Source: Vezdaea acicularis
Lineage: Eukaryota
DNA length: 50,171 nt
Assembly (NCBI GenBank): GCA_026025075.1
Contig: JAPEUI010000115.1
Location: forward strand, 1 to 50,171
Direction: 5' to 3'
Part shown: in pieces, positions 1 to 11,344 of the stretch
Numbering within the stretch: position 1 is the stretch's first letter
Layout of the letters: each line of letters opens with the position of its first letter
Notes under the pieces: generated by a model
What the model was told of the DNA's origin: nothing
The model's database searches: none
What the model saw: the letters and a program-made list of their open reading frames with translations, nothing else
Program-made: the position numbers and the translations under genes

Positions 1-629
1 GAGGAGAGGAGGATGCTCCGCTGGCTGGCGGCCGAACCCTTCGACGAATCTGGCAGTCGACGGGCTGCGATGCTCGAGGACATGGCCGGATGGCCAAGAA
101 GCATCTCGGCCGGCACAGGCGCGCCAGAAATGCTTATCCCATCTGGCGCCAACGCGCGCGGGCGCACCGTCGTCGTCAACAACACCTCGCACAGGAGGGT
201 TAGGGCCGGGCGTGTTATGCTGCGCTTCTGCGGCCGCGGCAGGCCGAGCGGAGCGGTGGTGGTGCAGCGCTGGGATCGGGCCGTGTGGTGACCGAGACTA
301 CTCGCGCCGGCCGCAGCTCAGCGCACGGGAAGGGCAGGGCAGGGCCAGGGCGAATGATCGATTTTCGATTTGCGGCTATCAATTCGATCTGGACTCGGCA
401 GAGACTCCAATTCGCGATCTCACCGTCGTCCCCCAACGCGGCCGCTCCCCGATATGCCCCAACTCTCCCTCTATCCGTCCGACCCCCAAAAAGCCTCTTC
501 CGTCGCTTCGCTGCGCCGGCCCTACATCGACCCGCGCTCCGTCCGCCGTCAAAGTGCCAGCGTCGTCCATTTGAGGGACAGAGAGCAGCAGAACGGGGAT
601 CGAGAAGTGCTCGAGCAGCAGCCGGCCGG

Positions 630-653
630 CGACAGCTCGACAGCTCGACAGCT
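630..653. repeat. Perfect tandem repeat (CGACAGCT)x3
   Basis: cgacagct cgacagct cgacagct read directly, upstream of the CrgA-like gene. Confidence 0.9.
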
Positions 654-988
654 GCGGGCGCGCTCGAGCCCGAAAGCGGTCTAGCCGGCCACCTGCTCTG
701 ATATCGGCACTTCAGCTATATTGCCGTCACGTCCTGCCCTCGACCGTCCGTGAATCCAGACTGTTGACTGCTCTCGACCGCACCGTCACGCCCATTTGAC
801 CTGCCTCGCCTTACGTAACATAACGACGGAGGACCTCGACCGCTCGGTGCATCTTCTCGAGCCACCATTCGCCCTGACCAGGCACAGGGAAAAGCCGCCG
901 CACCACAGCTCCCCGTCCGCGCTCAGCCACAGCTGCTCTCCCCCATCCGATACACCGCAGCACTTGCGTCCACGGATCTCGCTGACTG

Positions 989-1133
989 GTAAGTGGCACC
1001 GCGCTTCCTACTCCATCTCGTCCTCTCGTCCGTGTTGCGACTTGAACGACCGTGACAAACCTCGACCGTCTCGATCTCGAATTGAACCCGTCGGCCTATT
1101 GTCCGCCGGCTGACTCTCGCTTGCCCCCTGCAG
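989..1133 (+). other. Probable 5' UTR intron of the CrgA/LONRF-like gene
   Basis: GTAAGT donor at 989, GCTGAC branch near 1109, pyrimidine tract and CAG acceptor ending at 1133. Confidence 0.65.
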
Positions 1134-1477
1134 ACCGCCTCATGACGGCATAGCTCTGACCCTTCCGCCACGAGATCAAAGATCAACCGCCGACGAACTG
1201 AGCGGGCCCCCGTATTGCGCCCAGCACAACGACCAGCCATTTTTCACCAAGATACCCAAACGATCCGTGAGACTTGATAAAAATCCGTCCTTGAATAATA
1301 TCAACTCCTTCTCGCGCCTTATCGTCTTGCATGGCGCCGTCAAAACACCATCACCTACAACGGAGTTGAACGAGTCCATCTTTGGCGGGCGAGCCAGCGA
1401 TTCCACAACCCTCCACCTTTCATACCTGCACGGGGCAAGACGAGCATCCTCACCGAGCGTTCGGCAAAACCACTTTC

Positions 1478-3246
1478 ATGGGCGATAATGAGAAGCCCCC
1501 AGCTCCTGCTCCGGAGGGGGCCGGCCAGCAGGTCGACTTCACCCCCGGATTGGACCCGCATCTCGACGCGAGAGCGATAGTTCGACTCATACAATGTTCG
1601 CAATGTTCCCACCCTCTACAAGCACCGCTCACACTGCCCTGCGGCAACTCGCTCTGCCGGAAATGTCTGCCCCCGTTACACCTGAGAGAGAACATCTCCT
1701 ACCCGAATCTAGCTTCTCGACAGGAAGGCTTCACGTGCCCCTTTGAAGAATGTCGGAAAGAGCACTCGCTGGCGGACTGCAGCTCCGACGTGACGCTGGC
1801 CAAGGTGATGGACGTGATCGCGAAGGACATAGCAGATTATAGGGATGTCACTAAGGGCACGCCCTTGGCTCTGCAGGCTTACAAGACGAGGCAATGGGAG
1901 GAGAGGATGCTGCTTGACTTAGACAGACCGCATGATGAGAAAGCCTCTGAGCCCCGGGAACCGACGATACTGGACGGCGGACGCTTTGTAGCGACCTACA
2001 CGCTCGCGGACATGGGCCAGCTTCCATACGACTTTGACGTTATATACAAGCCAGAATCGGTCTTGCAAGACGACTATCAGCAACTGGACGTCGCCGTGCT
2101 CGAGCACCTCAAAGAAGCGACCCGCGCCGAACTTGACTGCCACGTCTGCTACAACCTCATGCTCGACCCCATCACGACGACCTGTGGCCATACCTTCTGC
2201 CGCAAATGCCTGCAACGTGTCCTGGACCACTCGAACCTCTGCCCCATCTGCCGGCGGCTCCTCCAAATTCCTCCATCCCTCGCCCTGGAACCGTCCAACA
2301 AACGGCTCTCCGCCATTCTCTCGGGGCTATGTCCGGACCTGCTCGCGACGCGCGCCGAGATGGTCGCCCGTGACGAGACGGGCGTCTCGGGTGAACTCGA
2401 TACCCCTCTCTTCGTCTGCACCCTCTCCTATCCCTCGATGCCGACCTTCCTGCACATCTTCGAACCCCGCTACCGTCTCATGATCCGGCGCGCCATCGAG
2501 AGCGGCGACCGCAAATTCGGCATGATGATGTACAACCAGACCGGCGCGCCCCAGGGCGACCTCGGCCCCACGCAATTCATGCACTACGGCACCCTGCTCC
2601 ACATCGTCAGCGTGCAGATGATGCCGGACGGGCGCTCCCTGATCGAGACCGTGGGCGTCAGCCGCTTCCGCGTCCGCAAATGGGATCTCCTGGACGGCTA
2701 CACCGTCGGCAACATCGAGCGCATCGACGACGTCTCGCTCGCGGAGGAAGAGCGCCTCGAAATCGTCGAAACCTCTGCGCCCCCCGCCCCCCCCCACGAT
2801 ACCCTCGGCGCCCTCGAAACCATCCCGACCCGCCAACTCCTCAATATCGGCATCTCCTTCGTCGCCAAGATGAAGGCCGCCGCCGCCCCCTGGCTGCACG
2901 AGCGCGTCCTCGCCGCCTACGGAAACCCTCCCGACGACCCCGCCCTCTTTCCGTATTGGTTCGGCAGCATTCTCCCCATCTCCGACGAGGAGAAGTATAA
3001 GCTCCTCCCGACGACGAGCGTGCGCGAGCGCCTGAAGATCACCGCGCGCTGGGTGCGCAAGATCGAGGCTCAGCGATGGTACGTACGTTTTATTTCTTGA
3101 TTTCTCTCCCTGCTTCTGCCCCCCCTTTTTTTCTCTTACGCGCGCCTTTTCCCTGGTCCTGTGCGCTTTTTTCTCTGGCTGGCTAAGCTGACCTTCGGCT
3201 GCTCGTTCCTTCTAGGGCTACTTATAGTTCTTGTACGATTATCTAG
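1478..3246 (+). CDS. RING-finger/LON-N domain protein, probable E3 ligase (CrgA/LONRF-like); exons 1478-3078, 3216-3246
   Basis: Two RING-like Cys/His motifs (CSQC..LPCGNSLCRKC; CHVC..TTCGHTFCRKC..CPIC) and LON-N motif (YPSMPTFLHIFEPRYRLMIRRA). Intron 3079-3215 (GTACGT..GCTGAC..TAG) gives C-terminus WATYSSCTII, a CaaX box. Confidence 0.9.
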
Positions 3247-3695
3247 GGTTGGACCACAGATGGAACCGGTGTGTGCGCGCGGAAGCTTAGATTGGAACGG
3301 AATGGAATGGAATGCATAGGCTGGGTTATGCATAGCGCCGTCTTCCCCCTTTTTTTTTCGTGGGGGCGCCCAAAGTGTCTCCCGTGCACTCGGCCTGGCA
3401 TCTAGGGAGTGTGTTCTCTGATCTTCAGGGGGGCGGGTGAGCATGGAGGCTGAGAATGAGAATGTCTGGCCACGGTAACGCAAGAGGAGGTCGCAGATAC
3501 CGAGAATGTCTGGCTAAGGTAACGTGGGGTGGGGTTGTAGATATCATGTGGTATTCTATATCTGTTCGTGTATCGCAGCTTCATACGGGATGATGTGTGT
3601 ACGCATCCTTCATGCGTACCTCGTCCCGCCCTTGTTCTCTTGTCCTCGTACTATACATCTCTCATGCCCCCAACCCCTATCCCTACCCCCATCCT

Positions 3696-4720
3696 CTATA
3701 ACTTCCCCTTATCCCTATCCCGCCTCCGCTCGTATCCATACCACCAATCCTCGCGTCCCAGGTCCTCACGAACGCGATAATTCCGCTCCGCTTCTTCTAA
3801 AACCTCCATATCCACAGTCAACACACGAAAGCCTTCTTCATGCCCCATCGGGCCGTCCCCGAGCGGGCCGATGAAGGGGAGCGTCACTTGGCTTAGGCCA
3901 CAGTAGCCCTTCTCCTCGGGCCCCGCGGCATTGACGAAGACGATACAACACGTATTCTCGAACGCGCGGGCCGTCAACGTACTATTCAGGAAAAGTTCCT
4001 CGGCGCGGGGGTTCAGCGCCAGTCCGGCGGGCGAGCAGTCGAAAAGTGTCCAGAAACTGGGGATGATAATGATTTTCGCACCCGCGCTGATCAGGGCGCG
4101 GAAGGCTTCGGGGAAGGCCAGGTCCCAGCAGATGAGTAGCCCGATGGGCCCGAATGGCGTATTCGGGATGAGTTCGTGTGGGGCGTGCGCGCTGCTGTGC
4201 AGATGGGGGCGTTCGGGGTGCCAGAGGTTTTTCTTGGTGTACTGACCTAGGATGGTCCCGTGTGGGTCGATGTAGTAGGCCGTGTTCCGCAACTCGGACG
4301 CGCCTGTTTCGGGGTTGGTGTGCCGGGAGATGAGCGTGCCGGGGACGATGCTGATGGAGAGGCTGGAGGCGAGGAGTTGGTATTTGGATAGGTAGGAGCT
4401 GCTTTCGACCACGGCGCTGAGGAAGGAGGGGGAGGAGGGTAGCCAGTTCGTGAGGTGGTATTCGGGGAGGACGGCGAGTTCGGCCCCAGAGGCTGCGGCG
4501 GCGCGGATGAGTGTTTCGGCTTTGGCGTAGTTGTGGGCGACTTGGAGGGGCTGGGAGTGGGGGTTAGGTTTGGGTGGAGGAGAGGGGCAGAGGGGGGGGG
4601 TGTGCTTGCTGAGGTAGAGTATCAAGCGCGGGAGTGGTGCAGATGCGGATAAGACTTAGGAACGCGGGGGGCTACCTTTGGATGGAGCTGGATCACGGCA
4701 ATTTTATAGGTGGGCGCCAT
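3696..4720 (-). CDS. Carbon-nitrogen hydrolase (nitrilase superfamily); exons 4720-4676, 4550-3696
   Basis: Spliced N-terminus MAPTYKIAVIQLHPK|PLQ; E-K-C triad in LPEY, YTKKNLW and LICWDLAFPE; intron GTAGCC..CTAAC..CAG. Confidence 0.9.
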
Positions 4721-4984
4721 TGCGGAAACGATATTACGGGAGCTCTCAGTTGAGGCCTCGTGGGTGGGAGAAGGATATACATGGAGTAGCAGGGGGGGGG
4801 GGCAAAGCAGTTTGATATCGCGAGGTGGGGCAGATGTCGGTATGTTGACAATCGCGGGGGTGAGCCGACAGGGATCAACAGCCGCGAAGCGAGAACCCTA
4901 AAATTTCAACCACAACCACAAGATATTCGCTCTCGTTCTCGCTCCGCCGCTACGCCTCTTCCTCCATCACAAGCAGACGCAACC

Positions 4985-6555
4985 ATGTCTCTCGCGCAGC
5001 GCATGCCGTACCAGAATGGTGCTGGACCGCCCCGGGCCCTCCAGAATGAGTCCGATGAGGAGGAGGAGGTCCTGGTCAACGACTATAAAGAACAGGTGCA
5101 GTTCGACGATGGGATGAGCGATCTGGACCGCACCACCTCGATGAGCATGGCCCCACAGACGGATGATATTCAGTTGAGGCTACAGGCGGCGGCGACGCCG
5201 TTGGAGTATGGGGCTAGTATGGATGTCAAGTTTACGAGCTACGATAACTATTGTACCTTGTTTCATTTCATCCTGAATTCGGATGGGCCGGTTGATGTGG
5301 AGCCTCCTTCCGTAAGTTAGGCTCTGACGAGCTGTGGAGAGATCTGAAAGAATGAGCTGATAGTGGAAAACAGTTCTATTGGGCGTGGGAGGTCATCGAC
5401 GAGTTCATCTACCAGTTCAATACCTTCTGCGCGTACCGCAATAAGTTGGCGAGGACACCATCCTCGGGCAATGAAGAGGAAATACTGCTCTTGCGGGACA
5501 ATCCGAATACGTGGGGCTGCTACTCTGTACTCAACGTACTCTACTCTCTCATCCAGCGCTCGCAGATCAACGAGCAGTTAGCCATGATCAAACGAAACGA
5601 GAACCCTGACCTGGTGGCCGGCGAATACGGTCTAAAGCAATTATACAAGCTGTTGGGCTACTTTTCGATTATAGGTCTCCTCCGGGTTCACTGCCTACTC
5701 GGAGACTTCGCCCTCGCTCTCAAAACCCTCGATGATATCGAGCTGAACAAGAAGGCTACCTTCGCTCGCGTCCTGGCGGCCCATTTCACAACATACTACT
5801 ATGTCGGATTCTCCTACATGATGATGCGACGATACGCAGATGCCATCCGCATGTTCAGCCACATCCTCGTGTACGTGTCGAGGACGAAGAACTTCCAGAA
5901 GAACGCCCAGCACGACGCCATGTCGAAGAAGAACGACCAGATGTTGGCCCTGATCGCCATCTGCGTTGCTTTCCACCCGACAAGGCTCGATGATACCGTC
6001 CACTCCGCATTGAGAGAGAAATACGGCGACACTTTCGCCAAGCTACAGCGAGGCGGGCCGGAGTCTCTCCCCATCTTCGAAGAACTCTTCCGTGCCGCCT
6101 GCCCCAAATTCATCAACCCCACTCCCCCTGACTTTGATAACCCGGCCTCGAACATCGATCCCACGGAACACCATCTCAACATCTTCATGGCAGAGGTCAA
6201 GACGAATATGCATAGCTCGACGCTGCGGAGCTATCTGAAGCTCTATACCACCATGGACCTGAAGAAACTGGCGGGCTTCTTGGAGGTCGAGCCCGAGAAG
6301 CTGCGCTGCTGGTTGCTTGTCAATAAGCAGCGGAGTCGGCAGGTCAGGTGGTCCGAGGGAGGTCTCCTAGAGGGAGAGATTGTTGGCGGTGGCGATCTGG
6401 ATTACGCGTTACAAGGGGTAAGTCTACTAGGGTGCTCCTGCGGTTGGTAGAGGCAGCTACTGATGTATGTTTAGGACCTCATCCACGTCTCGGAGGCAAA
6501 GGTTGGCCGGAGGCTCGTTGATTGGTATCTGAGGAATTTGGCGCGGACGTATTGA
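4985..6555 (+). CDS. eIF3L: Translation initiation factor 3 subunit L; exons 4985-5311, 5374-6417, 6475-6555
   Basis: WAWEVIDEFIYQF, LGYFSIIGLLRVHCLLGDF, RSYLKLYTTMDLKKLAGFL; two canonical GTAAGT introns. Confidence 0.95.
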
Positions 6556-6850
6556 TGTTGGTGGTGCTACGACTGGGGGAGTGTTCCAATTCCCTCTTCA
6601 TATGAAACTTGAGGCTAGGAGCGCCTGTACGGGAGTACCTGAACAGAGTCTGGAAGGGAATCTTGCAGGGCGAGCAGAGTATGCGCCCAATGGCTCCCCA
6701 GTGACTTCATCTGGCTCTCAGGCAAAATGCATATCTGCGCACGGCGCAACGGCTAGCGTGTATCATATAGAAAGCGAATCACATCTCACGCGTCTCTCAC
6801 ATGCAAAAACAAAAGGGGGTACCACCATGCAAAGTAACGCACTAAATTCT

Positions 6851-7789
6851 TCAACTCCAGCCCTCGATCCTAAAGTCGAACCGCCGGTCCCTTTGACCGG
6901 GGTCAATCGGCTTCATATGTTCGTCCGACAACGTCCTCTCTATATACGTGACCCGCCCATCCCTCCGCACAAGAATGACCGTCTGCTGATGCGTACCATA
7001 TGTAATACGCGCGGGCTCGTCGCCCGCGCCCGCCAGGCCCTGCACCACCCGCTCGTCCGTGAGTGGGGGGATGAAGATGCTGAGGCGGAGATTCTCCATG
7101 CATTCGTGGAAGGAGGCTTGGGGGGTGCGGACGGGCATGGAGTCGGTGGTGAGGACGTCCCAGAGGCGGTCGAGGAGTTTGTCCTCGCCTTCGTTGACGT
7201 CGATGCTGGTCTGGACGGCGTCGCGGAGGAGGCGGCGGCCGAGCCCGACTTTCGGCCAGGGGTCCCCGTAGGCGGAGTTGCTGAGGCCGTAGACTTCGCC
7301 TTCGTCGCCGCCGATCCAGGAGAGTTGGTCCAGCCCTGAGGTGCGGTTTGAGATCACGGCGAGGGGTTGGATGCCGCGTTCGCCGCGTGGGCGGAGGGTG
7401 CCGAGCATCATGGAGAAGCCGGCGAAGTCGGTGAAGGAGTCGGGTTGTTCGGGGGAGGCGAGACGCGAGATCCACTCTTCGGGGCCTTCGTCGGGGTTTA
7501 GGGGGCAGGTCAGCCATTCTTTCGTGAGCTGGCCGCGCGAGCGGCGCGCGGCGGTGTCGTCTTCGAGCGGGTCGCGGAAGTTGGTGAGGACTGTGATGCG
7601 GCCGTTGAGGGCGATGCCGAGCCAGGTGCCGTGGGTGGGGGAGAGGAGGTCGCGGCCGCCGAGGACGTGGGCGTGGGGAGGCGGCCAGAAGGAGGCCGGG
7701 GCTGTGGGTCGTGAGAGGTGCTCATCGCGGTTGGAGAGGAGGATGAGGGGGTAGGAGGGGTGGGCGGTGGTGAGGAGGGCGATGCACAT
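6851..7789 (-). CDS. TANGO2: TANGO2/NRDE-family protein (Ntn-hydrolase-like fold), intronless
   Basis: N-terminal MCI, LSNRDE motif, GGRDL..GTWLG, SRG, GLSN and YGT motifs. Confidence 0.9.
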   Translation of the reverse strand: MCIALLTTAHPSYPLILLSNRDEHLSRPTAPASFWPPPHAHVLGGRDLLSPTHGTWLGIALNGRITVLTNFRDPLEDDTAARRSRGQLTKEWLTCPLNPDEGPEEWISRLASPEQPDSFTDFAGFSMMLGTLRPRGERGIQPLAVISNRTSGLDQLSWIGGDEGEVYGLSNSAYGDPWPKVGLGRRLLRDAVQTSIDVNEGEDKLLDRLWDVLTTDSMPVRTPQASFHECMENLRLSIFIPPLTDERVVQGLAGAGDEPARITYGTHQQTVILVRRDGRVTYIERTLSDEHMKPIDPGQRDRRFDFRIEGWS

Positions 7790-7912
7790 TGCTGGGAGTG
7801 GGTTTTGGTGACGATGACGATGGTGTGGAGAATGGTGGACGAGACGGCGGGGAGGAAGGTTTGGCCTAGATTGATTTCGTTTAATGGTGATGGACTCCGT
7901 AGAGAGTGTCAA

Positions 7913-8376
7913 TTAGGCTTTCGACACAGAGTGTGGCTTCTGTGCGTCTCTTGTCTCCGTTCTGTCGTCATTTCCCTTCCTCTTCCAGCATTCCTTGAAA
8001 GCTTCCATCTGAGGCTGAATTAGCACGAACCGATTTTGTGGGGTTGCACATTAAGCGATGCCGCCGAATCATAGCGACGCTCACCTCTTTCTTGCACGCC
8101 CTCCAATCTTTCCTGTCATAGTAGCAGTCCGTCATTTTCGCGTTCTCGTCTTCATTCATGTGTCAATAGTGTCTCATCTGGGTGGCTTGTTCTTGTTCTG
8201 TCTTACCTGCGCATCCGGTGCTGAAAATTCTTTTGTCCCTAGCGGTTCCCGCGGTGTCAGTCAGTGTGACTTTTTTGCTTTTACGAGCAAAGAAAAACAT
8301 TTCAGTACCAGTCATCAGGTTGATCATCAACTTCGGGCAACTTTGCATCTTCCGCTTTTGAAAGTGATTGTCTCAT
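7913..8376 (-). CDS. COA4: Twin CX9C cytochrome c oxidase assembly factor; exons 8376-8309, 8238-8207, 8149-8085, 8008-7913 (start codon uncertain)
   Basis: Hand-spliced protein ..PDDWDKRIFSTGCADENAKMTDCYYDRKDWRACKKEMEAFKECWKRKGN.. has two CX9C motifs and matches the Coa4 pattern. Confidence 0.85.
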
Positions 8377-8530
8377 TATTAGCAATGGCTGGATTGCAGA
8401 AAAGTTGTTGACGAAGATTTTTTTCGCTGCGTCCGGGAAGTCAACGGCTTGCTCGCTTGGGCACGGGCTAAGGATACGAAAAGGGGTGCATAACGACGTT
8501 TTCTCGAAGGCTTGATAGATTCGATCCAAA

Positions 8531-10731
8531 ATGGCAAGCTCTAGGATGAACGTGCTTGTCTATGCAGGTACATATATTGATTTATAAAGTTATATAATGC
8601 CGCTACTAATGATCATATAGGCAATGGGAGCACTGTCGAGTCAGTCCGGCATTGCCTCTGGACACTGCGGCGTCTCCTTTCTCCAAACTACGCTGTGATC
8701 ACCGTGACCGGTGAAATGCTCATCAAAGAGCCGTGGACTCCCTCGTGCGCCCTTCTAGTGTTTCCAGGGGGCGCCGATCTTGGCTATTGCCGGACGCTTA
8801 ACGGCGAGGGTAACCGAAGGATCAGTCGGTACGTCCAACGAGGCGGTTCTTACCTTGGATTCTGTGCGGGGGGGTACTATGGGAGTAGCCGCTGCGAGTT
8901 TGAAGTCGGTAACAAGAAGCTCGAGGTAGTGGGAGATCGCGAGTTGGCTTTCTTCCCAGGAACATGTCGTGGAAGCGCATTTCCCGGATTCGTCTATCAC
9001 AGTGAAGAGGGTACTAGAGCTGCAGAACTAAATGTCGAGAAGGAGGCATTGGCCCAAGGAGCTGTACCTGTGGTGTTCCGTTGTTACTACAATGGAGGCG
9101 GAGTATTTGTGGATGCTAAGAAGTTCGCAGGGCGAGGGGTCCAGGTACTGGCGAATTATACGGAGCCCACGGCTGTGGATGGTGGCGATGGCGATGCTGC
9201 AGTGGTTTACTGTAAAAGGGGGGATGGCGCAGCGATACTCACAGGTCCACACCCGGAGTGAGGCTTTCCTTATAGCCTCGACTGAAGAGGATGTCAAACG
9301 CTAAAGATCAAGCTAGGTTTTCAGCCCACAACCTGGATAGAAAAGCCGACGGAAAGGGGTACTCGAAGATTGTCGACGACTTGATGGAGGATGACCAAAA
9401 GAGGACCGACTTCTTGAAAGCATGCCTTACAAAACTCGGCCTGATAGTGAGCCTCGAACAGGAGGCAGTGCCATCGCTCTCCCGCCTCCATCTTTCATCC
9501 GTGCGGTCTTCAGATGTGTCAGAAATGCTCGCATCTCTGCAGGCCATCATTGTCAACGAGGGCGGGGAAGAGTATATCAAAGGCGAAAACGACACCTTCG
9601 TCATTGAGGACAGTTCGCGCTGGTCATTGGGTGCCATTAAGAAGGCTCTGGTGGGAGGCACTTCTGCAGAGTCAGAGGGCAACAGCGATGCGGCGGACAA
9701 GATCGTTGATTATAATGCTATACTGAAACGCATCATCCCCCATGAGAGCGAATACCCTACGTACAAAGATACTCCGTACTTCAACCATAACGCCTTTTAT
9801 GCATCGCTCAGGTGTTATCAATCAGACTCGAGATCAGCGTCAGAATTTGGTAAATATCTCTTATACGGAGAAGTCGTGACTAGCACCAACACCATGCTTG
9901 AAAAGTACTTATCTCCTATGCCTTCTCCTTTCTCCTTGAACTCAGAAGCTAACAGGACACAGAAACACCCAGCTCCTCAAACACCTCCCGACAGGCTTCA
10001 CAGCGACCGCCGCAGTGCAAGTCGCCGGTCGCGGCCGCGGCTCCAACATCTGGGTTTCCCCCGCAGGCTCCCTCATGTTCTCGACCGTGATCCGACACCC
10101 GATATCCTCCATGAACAGCGCTCCAGTGGTATTCGTACAATACCTCGTCGCGCTCGCCATCGTCGACGGCATCAAATCCTACGACGATGCCGGAAGCTAC
10201 GCGGACGTCCCCGTAAAGCTTAAGTGGCCAAACGACATCTACGCGCTCGACCCAAGCCGCCCCCCCGAGGAGAAGAAATACGTCAAGGTAGGCGGCATCC
10301 TGGTCAACAGCAGCTACTCGGGAAACGAGTTCCTCCTCGTCGTCGGCGTCGGCTTGAACACCACCAACGCCGCGCCCACCACCTCGCTCAACGCGCTTCT
10401 CCGTCGCGGCCAGACCCCCTTCACGCTCGAAAAGCTGCTCGCGCGCATCCTCACCGCTTTCGAGGACTTGTATAACGATTTTTTGTGTACCGGCTTCGAT
10501 AATAACTTGCAGGACTTGTACTATCGGCACTGGCTGCATACGGATCAGATCGTCACGCTCGAGGCGGAAGGCGGCGTTAGAGCTAAGATCAGGGGGATCA
10601 CCAGTGATTTCGGCTTGTTGCGGGCGGAGCAGTTGGGCTGGGAGGATCGGCCGACTGGCAAGCTCTGGGAGTTGCAGAGTGATGCCAATAGCTTTGACTT
10701 TCTGAAGGGATTGGTGCGGAGGAAGGTTTAG
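8531..10731 (+). CDS. BPL1: Biotin--protein ligase (holocarboxylase synthetase); introns 8568-8620, 9258-9316, 9905-9962
   Basis: N-terminal BPL_N domain (FPGGADL, GFCAGGYY, GPHPE); catalytic STNT, QVAGRGRGSNIW, KWPNDIY, KVGGIL. Confidence 0.95.
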
Positions 10732-11344
10732 TGGGCGGGAGAGGCTAGGGATCATGTACTTCTTGGATCTTGAGGATCTTGCGCGCTGCGTGGATGGACC
10801 TGAGAGGGGTTCTTGGGAAGATGGTGTTGAATGGGAGTGGAACATCCTATTCACTGTTCCATGAACCCCCCCTTTGTTCGAGGACGACTACGCATCAAAG
10901 CAAGTGCGCATCTCCAACCACTCCATCGCATCCATCCAAGAAGTAAACCATAATAGCTCATCTCTCACATAATAACCCCCCACCCCAAACCCCCTCTCCC
11001 CCCCCCTCTTTGCCCCTCTCAACGCATAGGCTCTCCTGAACTACACCCTTAACAAACTACTCAACCCACCCCACCCCACACTCGACTCTCCAAGCTCCAC
11101 TCCACCTCACCCCACACCCACTCCACCTCACATCCCCTCCCCGCCCTCAACAGCCAACTCAACCCCACACACCCGACCCCTCCAACCTCGCACCAAAAAA
11201 CCTACCACACTGCACCACCGCATGCACCACATGCCACTACCACTGCACCGCCCTCACGACCTCTACCGCGGACAAGGAAACAGACCCATCAAAGAACGCA
11301 GCAAAGAAACGAGAGACTGCCGTAACCGAAGGAGCGGGCGAGCG

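Noticed and set aside
1..104. Minus-strand open frame running off the left edge (MLLGHPAMSSSIAARRLPDSSKGSAASQRSILLS..)
   Set aside because: Could be the start of a truncated gene, but it is too short and has no recognisable motif
13..1240. Several overlapping ORFs of 60-140 aa
   Set aside because: Arg/Ser/Pro-rich with no domain motifs; expected in GC-rich promoter and UTR DNA
6840..6853. Possible read-through to a cryptic PTS1 after the TANGO2 stop (TGA AGA ATT TAG)
   Set aside because: Not the TGA-CTA read-through context, and the resulting X-R-I ending is a poor PTS1
6581..7754. Long plus-strand ORFs opposite TANGO2
   Set aside because: Antisense shadows produced by GC-rich codon usage
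9949..10854. 301-aa minus-strand ORF
   Set aside because: Antisense to the last BPL1 exon with no independent motif
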